A DNA stretch of 64,000 bases from a virus. Lineage: Duplodnaviria; Heunggongvirae; Uroviricota; Caudoviricetes. The notes under the pieces are model-generated. The model searched no databases. It had not been told where the DNA came from and saw only the letters and a list, made by a program, of their open reading frames with translations. Position numbers and translations under genes: made by a program. The stretch lies in the IMG/VR virus record IMGVR_UViG_3300014024_000069, positions 59,159 through 123,158 of that record; one strand, given 5' to 3'. Of the stretch, positions 20,390 to 30,070 are shown in pieces (the stretch's first letter is position 1; each line of letters starts with the position of its first letter).

Positions 20390-20902
20390 ATGAAAGCTAT
20401 GGTTACCGGTCACCGCCCACAGGGACTCAATCAAGCACAGCGGATCTACATCAAGGCAGTTCTTCCTGCAATAGTGGAGGAGCTAGTGAAGGACTACAGA
20501 GTGGGCACCCTACTTTCCGGCATGGCGCAAGGAGTTGACTTGATTTGGGCTGGGATTGCTCGGCAGTCCAGTCTGCAACTAGAGGCTTATATCCCCTTCC
20601 CTGACCAAACCAAAGGCTGGGATACCGAATGGGTGAACTACCGGGAAGGGCTAATGGACTACGCCTCATTTATTCACCAGGCATCCAACAGCTATGCGAC
20701 GTGGGCGTTCCACAAACGCAACGATATGATGCTAGATGACTGCGATGTGGTTGTTGCTGTTTGGGATCCACGGCGACGCGGGGGCGGAACGGCAAGCGTT
20801 GTGGGGAAAGCACGTGAACGCGGCAAGCCACTGGTTGTCGTGGACCTTGAAAAGTGGAGCATTAGTGACAACTTTTCTACCCACCCTATTTTGGGTACAT
20901 AG
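20390..20902 (+). CDS. SLOG-superfamily protein (DUF1273/YoqJ-like, 170 aa)
   Basis: MKAMVTGHRPQGL..., SGMAQGVDLIWAG..., CDVVVAVWD: a Rossmann-like pattern typical of YoqJ/DUF1273. GGAG lies upstream of the ATG. Confidence 0.5.
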   Translation: MKAMVTGHRPQGLNQAQRIYIKAVLPAIVEELVKDYRVGTLLSGMAQGVDLIWAGIARQSSLQLEAYIPFPDQTKGWDTEWVNYREGLMDYASFIHQASNSYATWAFHKRNDMMLDDCDVVVAVWDPRRRGGGTASVVGKARERGKPLVVVDLEKWSISDNFSTHPILGT

Positions 20903-21011
20903 CTCACACATCAAATACCTGTTGCGCGCATGTGTCGCATGCATAGTAAAAGCCCCTAGTGCGCACTTCCTTAAAGGCATTCTACAGGGGCGCAACAGGA
21001 GCTATGTGGGG

Positions 21012-21590
21012 TTAGGTCTGTGCCGTGAAGTGTGTTTTCTCCAGCATCAACATGAAAACCAGAATCTCACGAATTGCGAACTCCGTCAGTCGCGGAGTCG
21101 CAACATGAAAAACTTCCTCCCCGCCAGGTGACCTGAGCGTAATCACTGCAGTTCCCGACATCAGACGCACCCTGCCCTTATAACCCCTGCTAGTAGTGAA
21201 GGTAACCCAATCTTTACCAGTCTCCTCATGGGCAACCAAATCCGCTACCCCAGCGATCCTTTCACCAGCAATAAGGTCACTGACATGGTGAACCTTCCGG
21301 TCAAAGCGTGGACTTAGCGGCATGAGCGCTAATGTGCCTTTCCTAAACATGCAGAGAAGTGACTCAATATCGCTGCCATTTAGTCCGTTGGCGATATATT
21401 CCACCATTGGTTGTGTTTGCTTGTCGCTAGAGGTCTCCAAAATGCGGAAAGTGTCTTCACCTGTGGCTTTGATGACTATAGAGCGGTCGCCTTTTTGGTT
21501 GTGTACGGTCAATGTTCCGTCTTTCATCTCAGTCTTTAAAGCGGACAGGTTGCAGATGAACTGGATCTCAGGCAGTCCGAAAAGTGCCAT
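21012..21590 (-). CDS. Hypothetical protein (192 aa)
   Basis: ORF with AAGGAG SD 7 nt upstream of the ATG (on the minus strand). Confidence 0.55.
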   Translation of the reverse strand: MALFGLPEIQFICNLSALKTEMKDGTLTVHNQKGDRSIVIKATGEDTFRILETSSDKQTQPMVEYIANGLNGSDIESLLCMFRKGTLALMPLSPRFDRKVHHVSDLIAGERIAGVADLVAHEETGKDWVTFTTSRGYKGRVRLMSGTAVITLRSPGGEEVFHVATPRLTEFAIREILVFMLMLEKTHFTAQT

Positions 21591-22092
21591 TAATATCTCC
21601 TTTTTGGTAGATGATCTTACGTTTTACCATATAAATCCTACTACCCGCGTGCTGTCATCTACAAAATGATCGCCCCTCCGCCCCCGTATGAGACGCACGC
21701 TTGACCGACGTTGAGAGTATCCCTGCCCGAAAACATTTATGCCTAGCGACATAATCTCACACACCCCTCACCCGGCGCGCCATCGCTTTGAATCCTGGCG
21801 GCTAGCCTTATGGCTATTCCAATGTGTTTAGCTTTTTGGTTCGTGCTGGTTGTGTGGGTGCGGGCGTGTTTTGCTCGTTCTGATACATGATGGTGGGGTG
21901 TTACGCTAGTGGCTACCCCTTTTTGTGGGTGGTGGGGGTTGTTGGGGGTGTTTTGGTGTTTTACGTGGGGTTTTATTGTCCCTTTTGTGTTTGTTTGTTC
22001 TGGTTTTTGTGAGTGAATGTTGTTTTATTGTTGACTGTTATGATTATATGGTGTCACAATAGGATTAAGTTAGTTAAATATTCGATAAGAAA

Positions 22093-22755
22093 GTGAGTAA
22101 AGCAATGGGCATGAAATGGTATGGAAAAGCGGGTGCCTCTATGGGGACTGCTTCTTTTCAGAGTAAATACGCTGATACTTCTCAGTCGGGTAGGGCTGGT
22201 GAGGTTCGCCTTGAATCTCTGCTGAAAAGGATTACTGATGGGGAAACTATCGGTTTCTCTTCTGTGCGTACTCCTAAGCAGGGTTACAACACAGACGTTG
22301 ACTTTGTTCTGGTTAAAGGTAACCGCGTGTTGCTGATTGACTCTAAGCTTTACAAGCAGGGTGGGTTTTGGTTTTCCTTTGGTGGGAAACTGTTTAGGAA
22401 CTTCATCCCAGCTCATCGTGACAAGGCGGGCAATCATAAAGCTATGTCGCGCAACATGAGCATGGCTCGTGATGCATTTAGGGAGAAACTGGGGAACGAT
22501 TTTGTTGTTGAAGCGATTACTGTTTTCGTCCGTAGTGACGACAACAAGCCGCACGCTAATACGTGGTTTACACGTTTCCCCGGTGGCATTAGAACCCTGA
22601 ATGAGGCTTCTCTTGGTGGCTTTGTTCATAGGTTCTTCCGTGGTGCCAGGAATGACCGAAGGACAGCTCAGGCTGAATCCTTTGTGGCTTCCATTACCCC
22701 CAGTGGGAATAGGAACTCTGAGTATCGGCGTAATCGCCGCCCCGCTGGCGTGTGA
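22093..22755 (+). CDS. NERD-domain (nuclease-related) protein (GTG start; alternative ATG at 22105)
   Basis: ...NTDVDFVLVKGNRVLLIDSKLYKQGG... resembles the NERD core (D/E-x-D...K). Confidence 0.45.
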   Translation: MSKAMGMKWYGKAGASMGTASFQSKYADTSQSGRAGEVRLESLLKRITDGETIGFSSVRTPKQGYNTDVDFVLVKGNRVLLIDSKLYKQGGFWFSFGGKLFRNFIPAHRDKAGNHKAMSRNMSMARDAFREKLGNDFVVEAITVFVRSDDNKPHANTWFTRFPGGIRTLNEASLGGFVHRFFRGARNDRRTAQAESFVASITPSGNRNSEYRRNRRPAGV

Positions 22756-22916
22756 GATGAGGTATGCCCCATGTAGGCGCACTCCTTTCCCGGCGCGCTG
22801 ATGTTTAGAGCAATAAAAGGAGACAGGTTTTATACTTGCCTCCCTTTTCCTTGTGTGTAGATGAGTTGACTCTAGATGCTTTTGCGTGGGTGCCGCTGCA
22901 CTATGGTGACAATGCC

Positions 22917-23357
22917 TTACTGCTGTCCTACCGGCTGGAGTATGAGCGTGAGCTGTTGCCCTTGATCGGGTGTGGTGGTGCTCGTGTTGTCGGGTTTAGG
23001 GTAGCTTCCTTCTTGGCGGTAGTCTTCTTCATCTAGTTCCCATTCTTCCCCGTTGCTGTCTAAGACGATGGTTTGTAGGCATGAGATGCATCTGGTGAGG
23101 GATAGTAGGACTATTTGTTTGTCTAATTGGTGTTTCTTTTTTGTGGTGATGTCTGTCAGTGTGGTGACGGCGTGTGTTTGACCGCAGATACTTAAGGGCC
23201 TGATGTTTGCTCCGCATTCGCATTCTATGCCTGTGTTTCGGTATAGTCCGCTGCCTATGTTTCCGCACATGAAGGGTGTCTTTTCCCATTCTCCCCACAC
23301 GATGGGCTGACCATCCCATTTTTGGGGTAGGCGGGTTAGTTTTTCCATGTACTTCAT
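22917..23357 (-). CDS. Cys-rich hypothetical protein (146 aa), possible zinc ribbon
   Basis: Cys clusters CGN..CEC and C..C; ATGA start/stop overlap with the upstream ImmA-like gene, suggesting an operon. Confidence 0.45.
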   Translation of the reverse strand: MKYMEKLTRLPQKWDGQPIVWGEWEKTPFMCGNIGSGLYRNTGIECECGANIRPLSICGQTHAVTTLTDITTKKKHQLDKQIVLLSLTRCISCLQTIVLDSNGEEWELDEEDYRQEGSYPKPDNTSTTTPDQGQQLTLILQPVGQQ

Positions 23358-23896
23358 TATTGTTCTTCCTCTTCTGTACGGTTCTTGTGCTTTTCGATGC
23401 GGGCTAGGCGTTTGCGAACGGTGAATATGGATGTATCAAACATGCATGCTGCCATGAGGTGTGAGTTAGTGTTGTTTATGACTTCCATGAGTGGTTTTTC
23501 TGGCATGAGTAGGGCACCAGCGAACTCGTCTGCGAAAAACTCGCAGAGGTCATAGTCGTTGTTTCGCTTCTCCAGGAAGGAGAATGAGTGTTTCTCTGCA
23601 ATGCTAATTCTCTCAATGAGATGCCCAATTGAGTGCGCGAGGAGGAATCTTTGCCGTGAGCGCGGTTCACGTGCGTTGATGTAGATTTCAGGTGGGGTGC
23701 AGGTGTCTTTATCCACCAGAGCAGATACGTCTGGACTCAGTTCGGGGGTGATGAGGATGGTTGCCTCGAATCTGTTCTCGGCAAGTTCAGCGAGTTTGCC
23801 TAGACCGTGGTCTTTGGCGGGGTTGAAGAACTGTCCTAGTTCTTCCGCGTGGTGGCGGGCGGCTTGCCATAGGAGCATCAGTGTGTCTTTCTGCAT
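23357..23896 (-). CDS. ImmA/IrrE-family (DUF955) metallopeptidase-like protein with a variant zinc motif HSIGH
   Basis: LLAHSIGHLIE sits at the HExxH position with Glu replaced by Ser; the downstream family signature is DEFAGALLMPEKPL. Confidence 0.55.
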   Translation of the reverse strand: MQKDTLMLLWQAARHHAEELGQFFNPAKDHGLGKLAELAENRFEATILITPELSPDVSALVDKDTCTPPEIYINAREPRSRQRFLLAHSIGHLIERISIAEKHSFSFLEKRNNDYDLCEFFADEFAGALLMPEKPLMEVINNTNSHLMAACMFDTSIFTVRKRLARIEKHKNRTEEEEQ

Positions 23897-24499
23897 GTTG
23901 TTCTTTTTGCTCCTGGATTGTAGGTTTTTTCCTGCTGATTTTCACCTTGGATTACACCCTGCGGTGGGATTGAGTCTTAAACATGGTGATTTCTTGTCCC
24001 CCAGATCATCTGCTATGTATTGAAAATAAAAGTAAACCTCCCCGGCGCGCCTGTGGGTAAGCAGCGACGATCCCACCGTTGGTGGGGCTGTGCGGCACCG
24101 TAAGCAATCCGACGCTACACTTGGGGATAGGGAGGTGCGGGGTGGAATGCGGGTGCGTGGAATGGGGGCATGTTGAGCAGAGGATGCTTATTGGAGTTCG
24201 GGTGACGCTCGCCCCGCACCTGTTCCGTAGAACTTTACCCTGCGTGCCGGGTGCTGGCGCACATACGCACATACCAAAGCCCCAGGCGCATTGGCTGTTG
24301 CTTGTGCAGTGGGGCCTAGAGGCGGGTCTGGGGCGTTCCTTGTGGATTATACCATATGCCTTTTCTTTCTGCGTTTGTGCTGGTGAGAGGTGTCGGGGAG
24401 GTTTTGTTTTGTTGTTGGGGGTAGTATTCTTATTTGGTGAGGAATATCTCACTGACTTTTAGTTTTTGAGTGAAACATTAAGGAGAGTTGGTTTAGTTT

Positions 24500-27400
24500 A
24501 TGGTTCAGCAAAATACCGGCACCCAGGCTGTTCGGAGACCAGATTTCACTGATGACGCAAACAAGTGTATTGCGGCTACGAAAACTTGGTGCAACCAAAA
24601 GAAATGCCTTGTCAGTAGTGCGGCTTTGCTGGCGGGTATTATTACTCACGGCAGGGACGCTCAGGAGTTTATTCGGCGCGTCGGGTGTAGTGAGCCGCAG
24701 GATCTGATTAGGGACGCGGAGACTATCGCTAGGGGGTCGCAGTACCAGAATAGGTCTGTTAGGGGTGATCAGCCGTACACAAATGAGCTGAAAACAGTGG
24801 TGCAGGCCATTATGCAGAGTGAACCTCCTATTGCTGTTATATCTAAGGAGCATTTGCTTCTTGCGATGACGATTCCTGCTGGTGACACGCAGCGGCTTTT
24901 ACACAATCATGGGGTGACAAGGGACAGCATTCTGGAACACATGGTGGCTTCCTCAAAGTCCCCTAAGTCCAATTCCCTGAACCCGTTTCCTCATCTTTCC
25001 CAGTTTGGGGAAGACCTCACTAAAAAAGCACATGATGGTGACATTGACCCCATCATAGGGCGCGACACGGAAACCCGGCGCGTCATGGAGCTTTTGACCC
25101 GCAGGACGAAAAACAACCCGATTATCATTGGTGAGCCTGGCACTGGTAAGGCGCAGCCGTTGTCGTGTTTGGTGCGTACTGTTGGTGGGTGGAAGCCTAT
25201 GGGGGATGTTGTGGTGGGTGATCGTGTGGTGACTCCGCGTGGTGTCACGGCGGGGGTTGTGGGTGTGTTTCCGCAGGGGGTTACTGATGTGTTTTCTGTG
25301 GTGTTGGAGGATGGGCGTTTGACGTTTGCCTCTGGGGACCATTTGTGGCGCGCCCGCATCGATGGTGGGGGGTGGGAAGTTGTCAGGACTTCCGACATGT
25401 TGGCGGCGCTGCGTGACGGCAAGCAAGTATGGTTGCCAAACATCACCGTATTCGGGGAGGAACCATCAGACAACCACCAGGGGGACTATGAGTTTTTTGA
25501 CGCGGTGAATAATCAACGCGGCATGGTGATGACGCTGCGTAGACTGCTGCGGCATGTGAAGTGGGAACCTGCGGTAAGCGGCGAGCATATTGGGGCGACT
25601 GCCGATGAGGAGGGCAGTGAACCCAGCGCGCCGGGGAATGTGGCTGGCGTCGAAGATTCTAGTGATGCGGGTGGTGGTTGCTACGGTGCCGCGCGCAATG
25701 ACATCGGCGGTGATTCTGATGTTGATGACATCTTTACAGGTGGTGGCGCGGGCACGCCAGCGGGCCTGAGCGACGACACCACGACAGCGACAGAGGCAGG
25801 TGCGGCAGAAGCTGAGATAGTGGGTTACCGCGTTGTGGGCGCGGGCAGTTGGGGTGATGTCGTTCCTAACCCTGATCAACTAGTCAGGAACCTCCGTTCT
25901 GTGGGCCTGTTGGTGCATGAGGATACGCGCATTAGTGGTTCGTGGGCAGCCTACATTGCCCGGCACAGTGACGTGTGTGAGAAGGGGGATGCGCGGCACG
26001 CGATCCGTGTCATTGGTGTAGACCAAACCCAGGATGAGGTCACGCAGTGCATCAAACTGGACGATGAGGAGGAACTGTACATCACAGATGACTGGATTGT
26101 AACCCACAACACATCTGTGGTGGAGGGTTTGGCGCGGCGCATCGACGCGGGAGACTGCCCAGAGCAACTGAAAGACAAACGCATCTTCACCCTTGATTTG
26201 GCGGCATTATCGGCGGGGGCGGTTCATGCTGGCGAGTATGAAGAGCGGGTGAAAAACGTTCTCAGCGACATTAAGCGCGCTGGTGGCCAAATCATCACCT
26301 TCATTGACGAAATCCACATGATTGCAGACAGCGGAAACGGTGCCATGAACCTTGCCAATATCATGAAACCCATGCTGTCGCGCGGTGAGATGAAACTAAT
26401 TGGGGCGACAACCAACGCGGAATACCGCACCTACATTGAAAAAGACCCCGCCCTGAACCGTCGTTTTCAGGCCGTTAAAGTATCAGAACCCACCGTGCAG
26501 GAAGCCATCGCCATTCTCCGGGGTGTGAAAGAAAAATACGAGGCCCACCACGGCATTAAATACCAAGACGCGGCCTTGGTTGCCTGCGTTGAACTATCTG
26601 ACCGGTACATTTCAGGCCGGTTCCTCCCCGATAAAGCCATTGACCTGATGGATGAATCAGCGGCGATGCTGCGCATGATGACAGACTCCAGGCCCGTGGA
26701 ACTCGGGGTGCTGGAGCAGGAAGTACTCGGACTGGAAATCGAAAAGCAGTCCCTGATGACCGAAACCAGCCGCCCAGGGTCGCAAAACCGGTTGAACACG
26801 GTGGAGAGGGAACTCGCGGAAAAGCAAGAAGCCCTGCGTGGGATGAAGGCAGCCTACGAAAATCAGCGGGAAGGCATTGAGCGTGGGCGTGGACTCAGGC
26901 AAGAAATCGCTAAGCTGCAGCAAGACTACGAACTCGCCTCAAAAGAAGGCCGCATCGGTGAAGCGTCCACTTTGATGTACACCACCATCCCCGCGAAACA
27001 AGCAGAGCTGGAACGCATTGAAAACGAATCCACCCGCAACGGCAGCAGCTCCGGCATCGTCGCAGGTGAAGTCACCCCCGACACCGTGGCCAAGGTTGTA
27101 AGCTCCTGGACTGGGATACCAGCGGCGAAAATGAACGAATCCGAAACAGAACGCATCCTCACAATGGGCGACAAACTCTCATCCCGTGTTGTAGGGCAAC
27201 CAGAAGCCGTGGAAGCCTTAGTGAACGCCATCAAGAAAAACCGCGCGGGATTCAGCAACGAAAACCGACCAGTAGGCTCCTTCCTCTTTGCAGGCCCATC
27301 AGGAACAGGGAAAGCCCAACCCCTAGACGCACTCATCAAAACCCCCTCCACAAAAAACAACCCCAGCGGATGGTGCCGAATGGGCGACATAAAAGTAGGC

Positions 27401-29305
27401 GACTGGGTAAGCACCCCCGACGGCGGCGCGGCAATAGTTGATGGAGTATTCCCGCAAGGAAAACGCCCCACCTACACCATCACCACCACCGACGGGCGGA
27501 AAACAGAAGCCTCCGACAACCACCTGTGGGCAGTCTATATGGAACACCCACAGAACATCACCATTAGCGGCACAGCCCGGCGCGGCACCACGGCACAGGC
27601 ACAAAGGCATGCCGCAGGCATAGAGTCCACAGATGGTGGAAACAGTGGACACAATGAAGCCGCTGGCGTTCCAGGTACCACTTCCATCGGCAATACGGGC
27701 GCGCCAGGTGCCACTCACGGCGGTGTCACTGTATGCAGAGAGGGCGTTGCAGGTGCGGGGCGCTGGCATGTCAGTGCCACCCCACGCCACATGGACACTC
27801 CCGCTGGTGGTGGCATGGCGAAACTCGCTACCACCACACAAATACAAGAATGGCTTGATAGTGGGTGCCGCGTATGGGTAGACAACATCACCCCAGTGCT
27901 TAGCCACGACGAGGAAACCATTCGGCGTATACCAGAAGAGTTCATTCACCGTGAGGTAACCAAGCTTGAACGTTTACGCAACGATCTCGCATGGTCGGGT
28001 ATCACATGGGTGCGCAGTGACACCGAGCCTGGGGTTTTCCGCGCCACCAACTGGGGGAAGAAAACTGAAAGGAATTTCCATCTAGGACATCTGACGGAAC
28101 GCCTACGCAGTGTTGGTATCCAACTGTTCCCCAACGGGGACATGAAAGGCGGATGGGTGGAGTTCGTCATTGGTAACTATGGCACCTTGACGTTTAACAC
28201 AGCGGACGGTGACGCGGCAGCACGGGTGGAAATCAGTGTGGTGAAACCAGTTGGGGTGAAGGAAGTGCAGTGTATCCACATTGCGCATCCACGACACCTA
28301 TACATCACCGATGACCATATTGTGACACATAACACTGAGATTTCTAAGGCGTTGGCGGAGTTTCTGTATGACTCTGATAACGCACTTATCTCCTACAGCA
28401 TGGAGGAATACTCAGACTCATCCTCGGTCAACAAGCTCATGGGCGCCCCCGCCGGGTATGTAGGCTACGACGATGAACCCGCGTTGGAGCGAGTGCGCCG
28501 CAACCCATCAGCGGTGGTGCTGTTTGACGAGATGGAAAAAGCCAACGATTCCGTAATCACTGCCCTGCTGTCGGTTCTGGAGGAAGGTCACGTCACTTTG
28601 CAGAACGGCAAGGAAGTTGACTTCACGAACGCTATCATCATCTTCACCTCAAACATCGGCGCCGGCGGGACACGTGAACAAATCATGGAAGCCCTTAAGC
28701 GGAGACTACGCGCAGAGTTCATCAACCGTATCGATGCGGTGATACCGTTCAACTACCTAGACCAGGACGCTTTGGAGACCATTACGGAAATCCAGCTGGC
28801 AAGACTGCAAAAAACCGTGGGGCGCAGAGACATCACCCTCAAAATCACCGACACGGCCAAAGAGTTCATCGCGCTTACCTGCTCACTAGAACGCGCCTAC
28901 GGCGCCCGCCCAGTACGACGCATGTTCGAGGGATACATCTCGGAAATCCTTGCCGACAAACTCCTTCACGGCGAGTTCACCGACGGCGACACCATTATCA
29001 TCGACACCAACGACGGCAGCACCGAACTCACCATCACTAAAGACACAGCTGCATACCCCGACATGTGGGGGTTAGGGAGTGCAGGTGACGCAAGCACCGG
29101 CGGCAGCGACGCTGACGGTGACGGGAACAGTGAAGAAGTTGATGGCAGTATCTTTGACGAACCAGAAGACAATGGGCAGGCTTTTAATCTGGAAGATATA
29201 AATATAAACGGAACGGGGCTTACTGGCACCGCATCCATAAACGCACTATTCGACGGCATGGACGCAGGGGAAGGCACTCCTGCAAACGAAAGCAGCCCCT
29301 TCTAA
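24500..29305 (+). CDS. ClpB-like Hsp100 AAA+ chaperone (Clp_N, D1, ~135-aa coiled-coil M-domain, D2) interrupted by two inteins; ~900-aa mature extein plus a low-complexity acidic tail
   Basis: SD AAGGAGA upstream. D1: GRDTETRRVMELLTRRTKNNPIIIGEPGTGK|intein|TSVVEGLARRI...ITFIDEIHMI (Walker B)...GATT. D2: FAGPSGTGK|intein|TEISKALAEFLY...VVLFDEMEKA. The spliced junctions restore canonical GxxGxGKT P-loops. Confidence 0.9.
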   Translation: MVQQNTGTQAVRRPDFTDDANKCIAATKTWCNQKKCLVSSAALLAGIITHGRDAQEFIRRVGCSEPQDLIRDAETIARGSQYQNRSVRGDQPYTNELKTVVQAIMQSEPPIAVISKEHLLLAMTIPAGDTQRLLHNHGVTRDSILEHMVASSKSPKSNSLNPFPHLSQFGEDLTKKAHDGDIDPIIGRDTETRRVMELLTRRTKNNPIIIGEPGTGKAQPLSCLVRTVGGWKPMGDVVVGDRVVTPRGVTAGVVGVFPQGVTDVFSVVLEDGRLTFASGDHLWRARIDGGGWEVVRTSDMLAALRDGKQVWLPNITVFGEEPSDNHQGDYEFFDAVNNQRGMVMTLRRLLRHVKWEPAVSGEHIGATADEEGSEPSAPGNVAGVEDSSDAGGGCYGAARNDIGGDSDVDDIFTGGGAGTPAGLSDDTTTATEAGAAEAEIVGYRVVGAGSWGDVVPNPDQLVRNLRSVGLLVHEDTRISGSWAAYIARHSDVCEKGDARHAIRVIGVDQTQDEVTQCIKLDDEEELYITDDWIVTHNTSVVEGLARRIDAGDCPEQLKDKRIFTLDLAALSAGAVHAGEYEERVKNVLSDIKRAGGQIITFIDEIHMIADSGNGAMNLANIMKPMLSRGEMKLIGATTNAEYRTYIEKDPALNRRFQAVKVSEPTVQEAIAILRGVKEKYEAHHGIKYQDAALVACVELSDRYISGRFLPDKAIDLMDESAAMLRMMTDSRPVELGVLEQEVLGLEIEKQSLMTETSRPGSQNRLNTVERELAEKQEALRGMKAAYENQREGIERGRGLRQEIAKLQQDYELASKEGRIGEASTLMYTTIPAKQAELERIENESTRNGSSSGIVAGEVTPDTVAKVVSSWTGIPAAKMNESETERILTMGDKLSSRVVGQPEAVEALVNAIKKNRAGFSNENRPVGSFLFAGPSGTGKAQPLDALIKTPSTKNNPSGWCRMGDIKVGDWVSTPDGGAAIVDGVFPQGKRPTYTITTTDGRKTEASDNHLWAVYMEHPQNITISGTARRGTTAQAQRHAAGIESTDGGNSGHNEAAGVPGTTSIGNTGAPGATHGGVTVCREGVAGAGRWHVSATPRHMDTPAGGGMAKLATTTQIQEWLDSGCRVWVDNITPVLSHDEETIRRIPEEFIHREVTKLERLRNDLAWSGITWVRSDTEPGVFRATNWGKKTERNFHLGHLTERLRSVGIQLFPNGDMKGGWVEFVIGNYGTLTFNTADGDAAARVEISVVKPVGVKEVQCIHIAHPRHLYITDDHIVTHNTEISKALAEFLYDSDNALISYSMEEYSDSSSVNKLMGAPAGYVGYDDEPALERVRRNPSAVVLFDEMEKANDSVITALLSVLEEGHVTLQNGKEVDFTNAIIIFTSNIGAGGTREQIMEALKRRLRAEFINRIDAVIPFNYLDQDALETITEIQLARLQKTVGRRDITLKITDTAKEFIALTCSLERAYGARPVRRMFEGYISEILADKLLHGEFTDGDTIIIDTNDGSTELTITKDTAAYPDMWGLGSAGDASTGGSDADGDGNSEEVDGSIFDEPEDNGQAFNLEDININGTGLTGTASINALFDGMDAGEGTPANESSPF
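25151..26110 (+). other. Intein 1 (320 aa) in ClpB-like D1 Walker A, class 3 (Trp-Cys-Thr) type
   Basis: Starts AQPLSCLVRTVGGW immediately after GEPGTGK. Block-B-like motif SGDHLW, block-F Cys in QCIKLDDEEELYITDDWIVTHN, terminal HN, and +1 Thr. No LAGLIDADG-type endonuclease motif; contains a low-complexity D/G-rich linker. Confidence 0.75.
27314..28333 (+). other. Intein 2 (340 aa) in ClpB-like D2 Walker A, class 3 type, paralogous to intein 1
   Basis: Starts AQPLDALIKTP after GPSGTGK. Motifs SDNHLW and QCIHIAHPRHLYITDDHIVTHN; +1 Thr. N- and C-terminal blocks resemble intein 1. Confidence 0.75.
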
Positions 29306-29457
29306 CCAAAAGGCGGGAGCGTTATCCGCGCCCCCGCGCACATCACCACCACTCTTCTCTTGCCGATCTGCATTCTCACCCCGGCCTACAGGCGGTACGA
29401 CGAAAAGATTTTACGGGTATCATTCAGTGCCGAAATCCACTATGGAAAAACGATGAA

Positions 29458-29736
29458 CTAAGCGAAAATAGCAATCGTTAGCAGTATTATCGCCAAGGCA
29501 GCAACAAGGAAGAAAAACGTACTACCGTCTAAAAGAGGAATATTGGGATTATACTCTAGGCGTGGACCCAACCATCTTCCATCGGGAGCGCTCCTGTCTT
29601 CCCTTGCCATCCCACATCTCTTAAGGTTGTCGTTTATTCTGTCGCTTGTTTCAAGCCCGCTCTCAATCAACCATAAAAGCTCATCAACGGTGGGGATTTT
29701 TTCTTTATTCTTTTTTGCTCTTGCGATTTTCCTCAT
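29458..29736 (-). CDS. Small protein with a C-terminal TM helix (92 aa)
   Basis: ORF; C-terminus FFFLVAALAIILLTIAIFA. Confidence 0.3.
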   Translation of the reverse strand: MRKIARAKKNKEKIPTVDELLWLIESGLETSDRINDNLKRCGMAREDRSAPDGRWLGPRLEYNPNIPLLDGSTFFFLVAALAIILLTIAIFA

Positions 29737-29822
29737 GCCCTGATATTACAACCACAGTAACCCTGACCACAAAAAGAAGATAGATGCATCCACACCCCCT
29801 GTGTTGGCGTGCACTAGATAAA

Positions 29823-29875
29823 GCAAAACCACCATAGCCTTGGATTTCTTTTACCCAAATCATGGTGGTTTTGTG
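29823..29875 (-). terminator. Hairpin terminator downstream of tRNA-Leu(CAA) on the minus strand
   Basis: AAAACCACCAT...ATGGTGGTTTT inverted repeat (12-bp stem) followed on the minus strand by a T-rich run (TTTTGCTTT). Confidence 0.5.
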
Positions 29876-29876
29876 G

Positions 29877-29960
29877 TACCCCTGGCGGGACTCGAACCCG
29901 CATTCCACGAAGGGAGCCTAATTTTGAGTTAGGAGCGTCTGCCGATTTCGCCACAGGGGC
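29877..29960 (-). tRNA. tRNA-Leu (anticodon CAA), type II
   Basis: RC: GCCCCTG-TG-GCG-AAATCGGCAGA-CGC-T-CCTAA-CTCAAAA-TTAGG-(15-nt variable arm)-GCGGG-TTCGAGT-CCCGC-CAGGGGT-A. Confidence 0.8.
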
Positions 29961-30070
29961 ATTGATCACCAACAAAAAGTGATGGACCTGTTGATAGCTA
30001 TCAACCATAGCACATGAAACATAAACAAGCAACACCCCCTTTTTTACCTGTGATCAGCAAAAGGCAGAGG

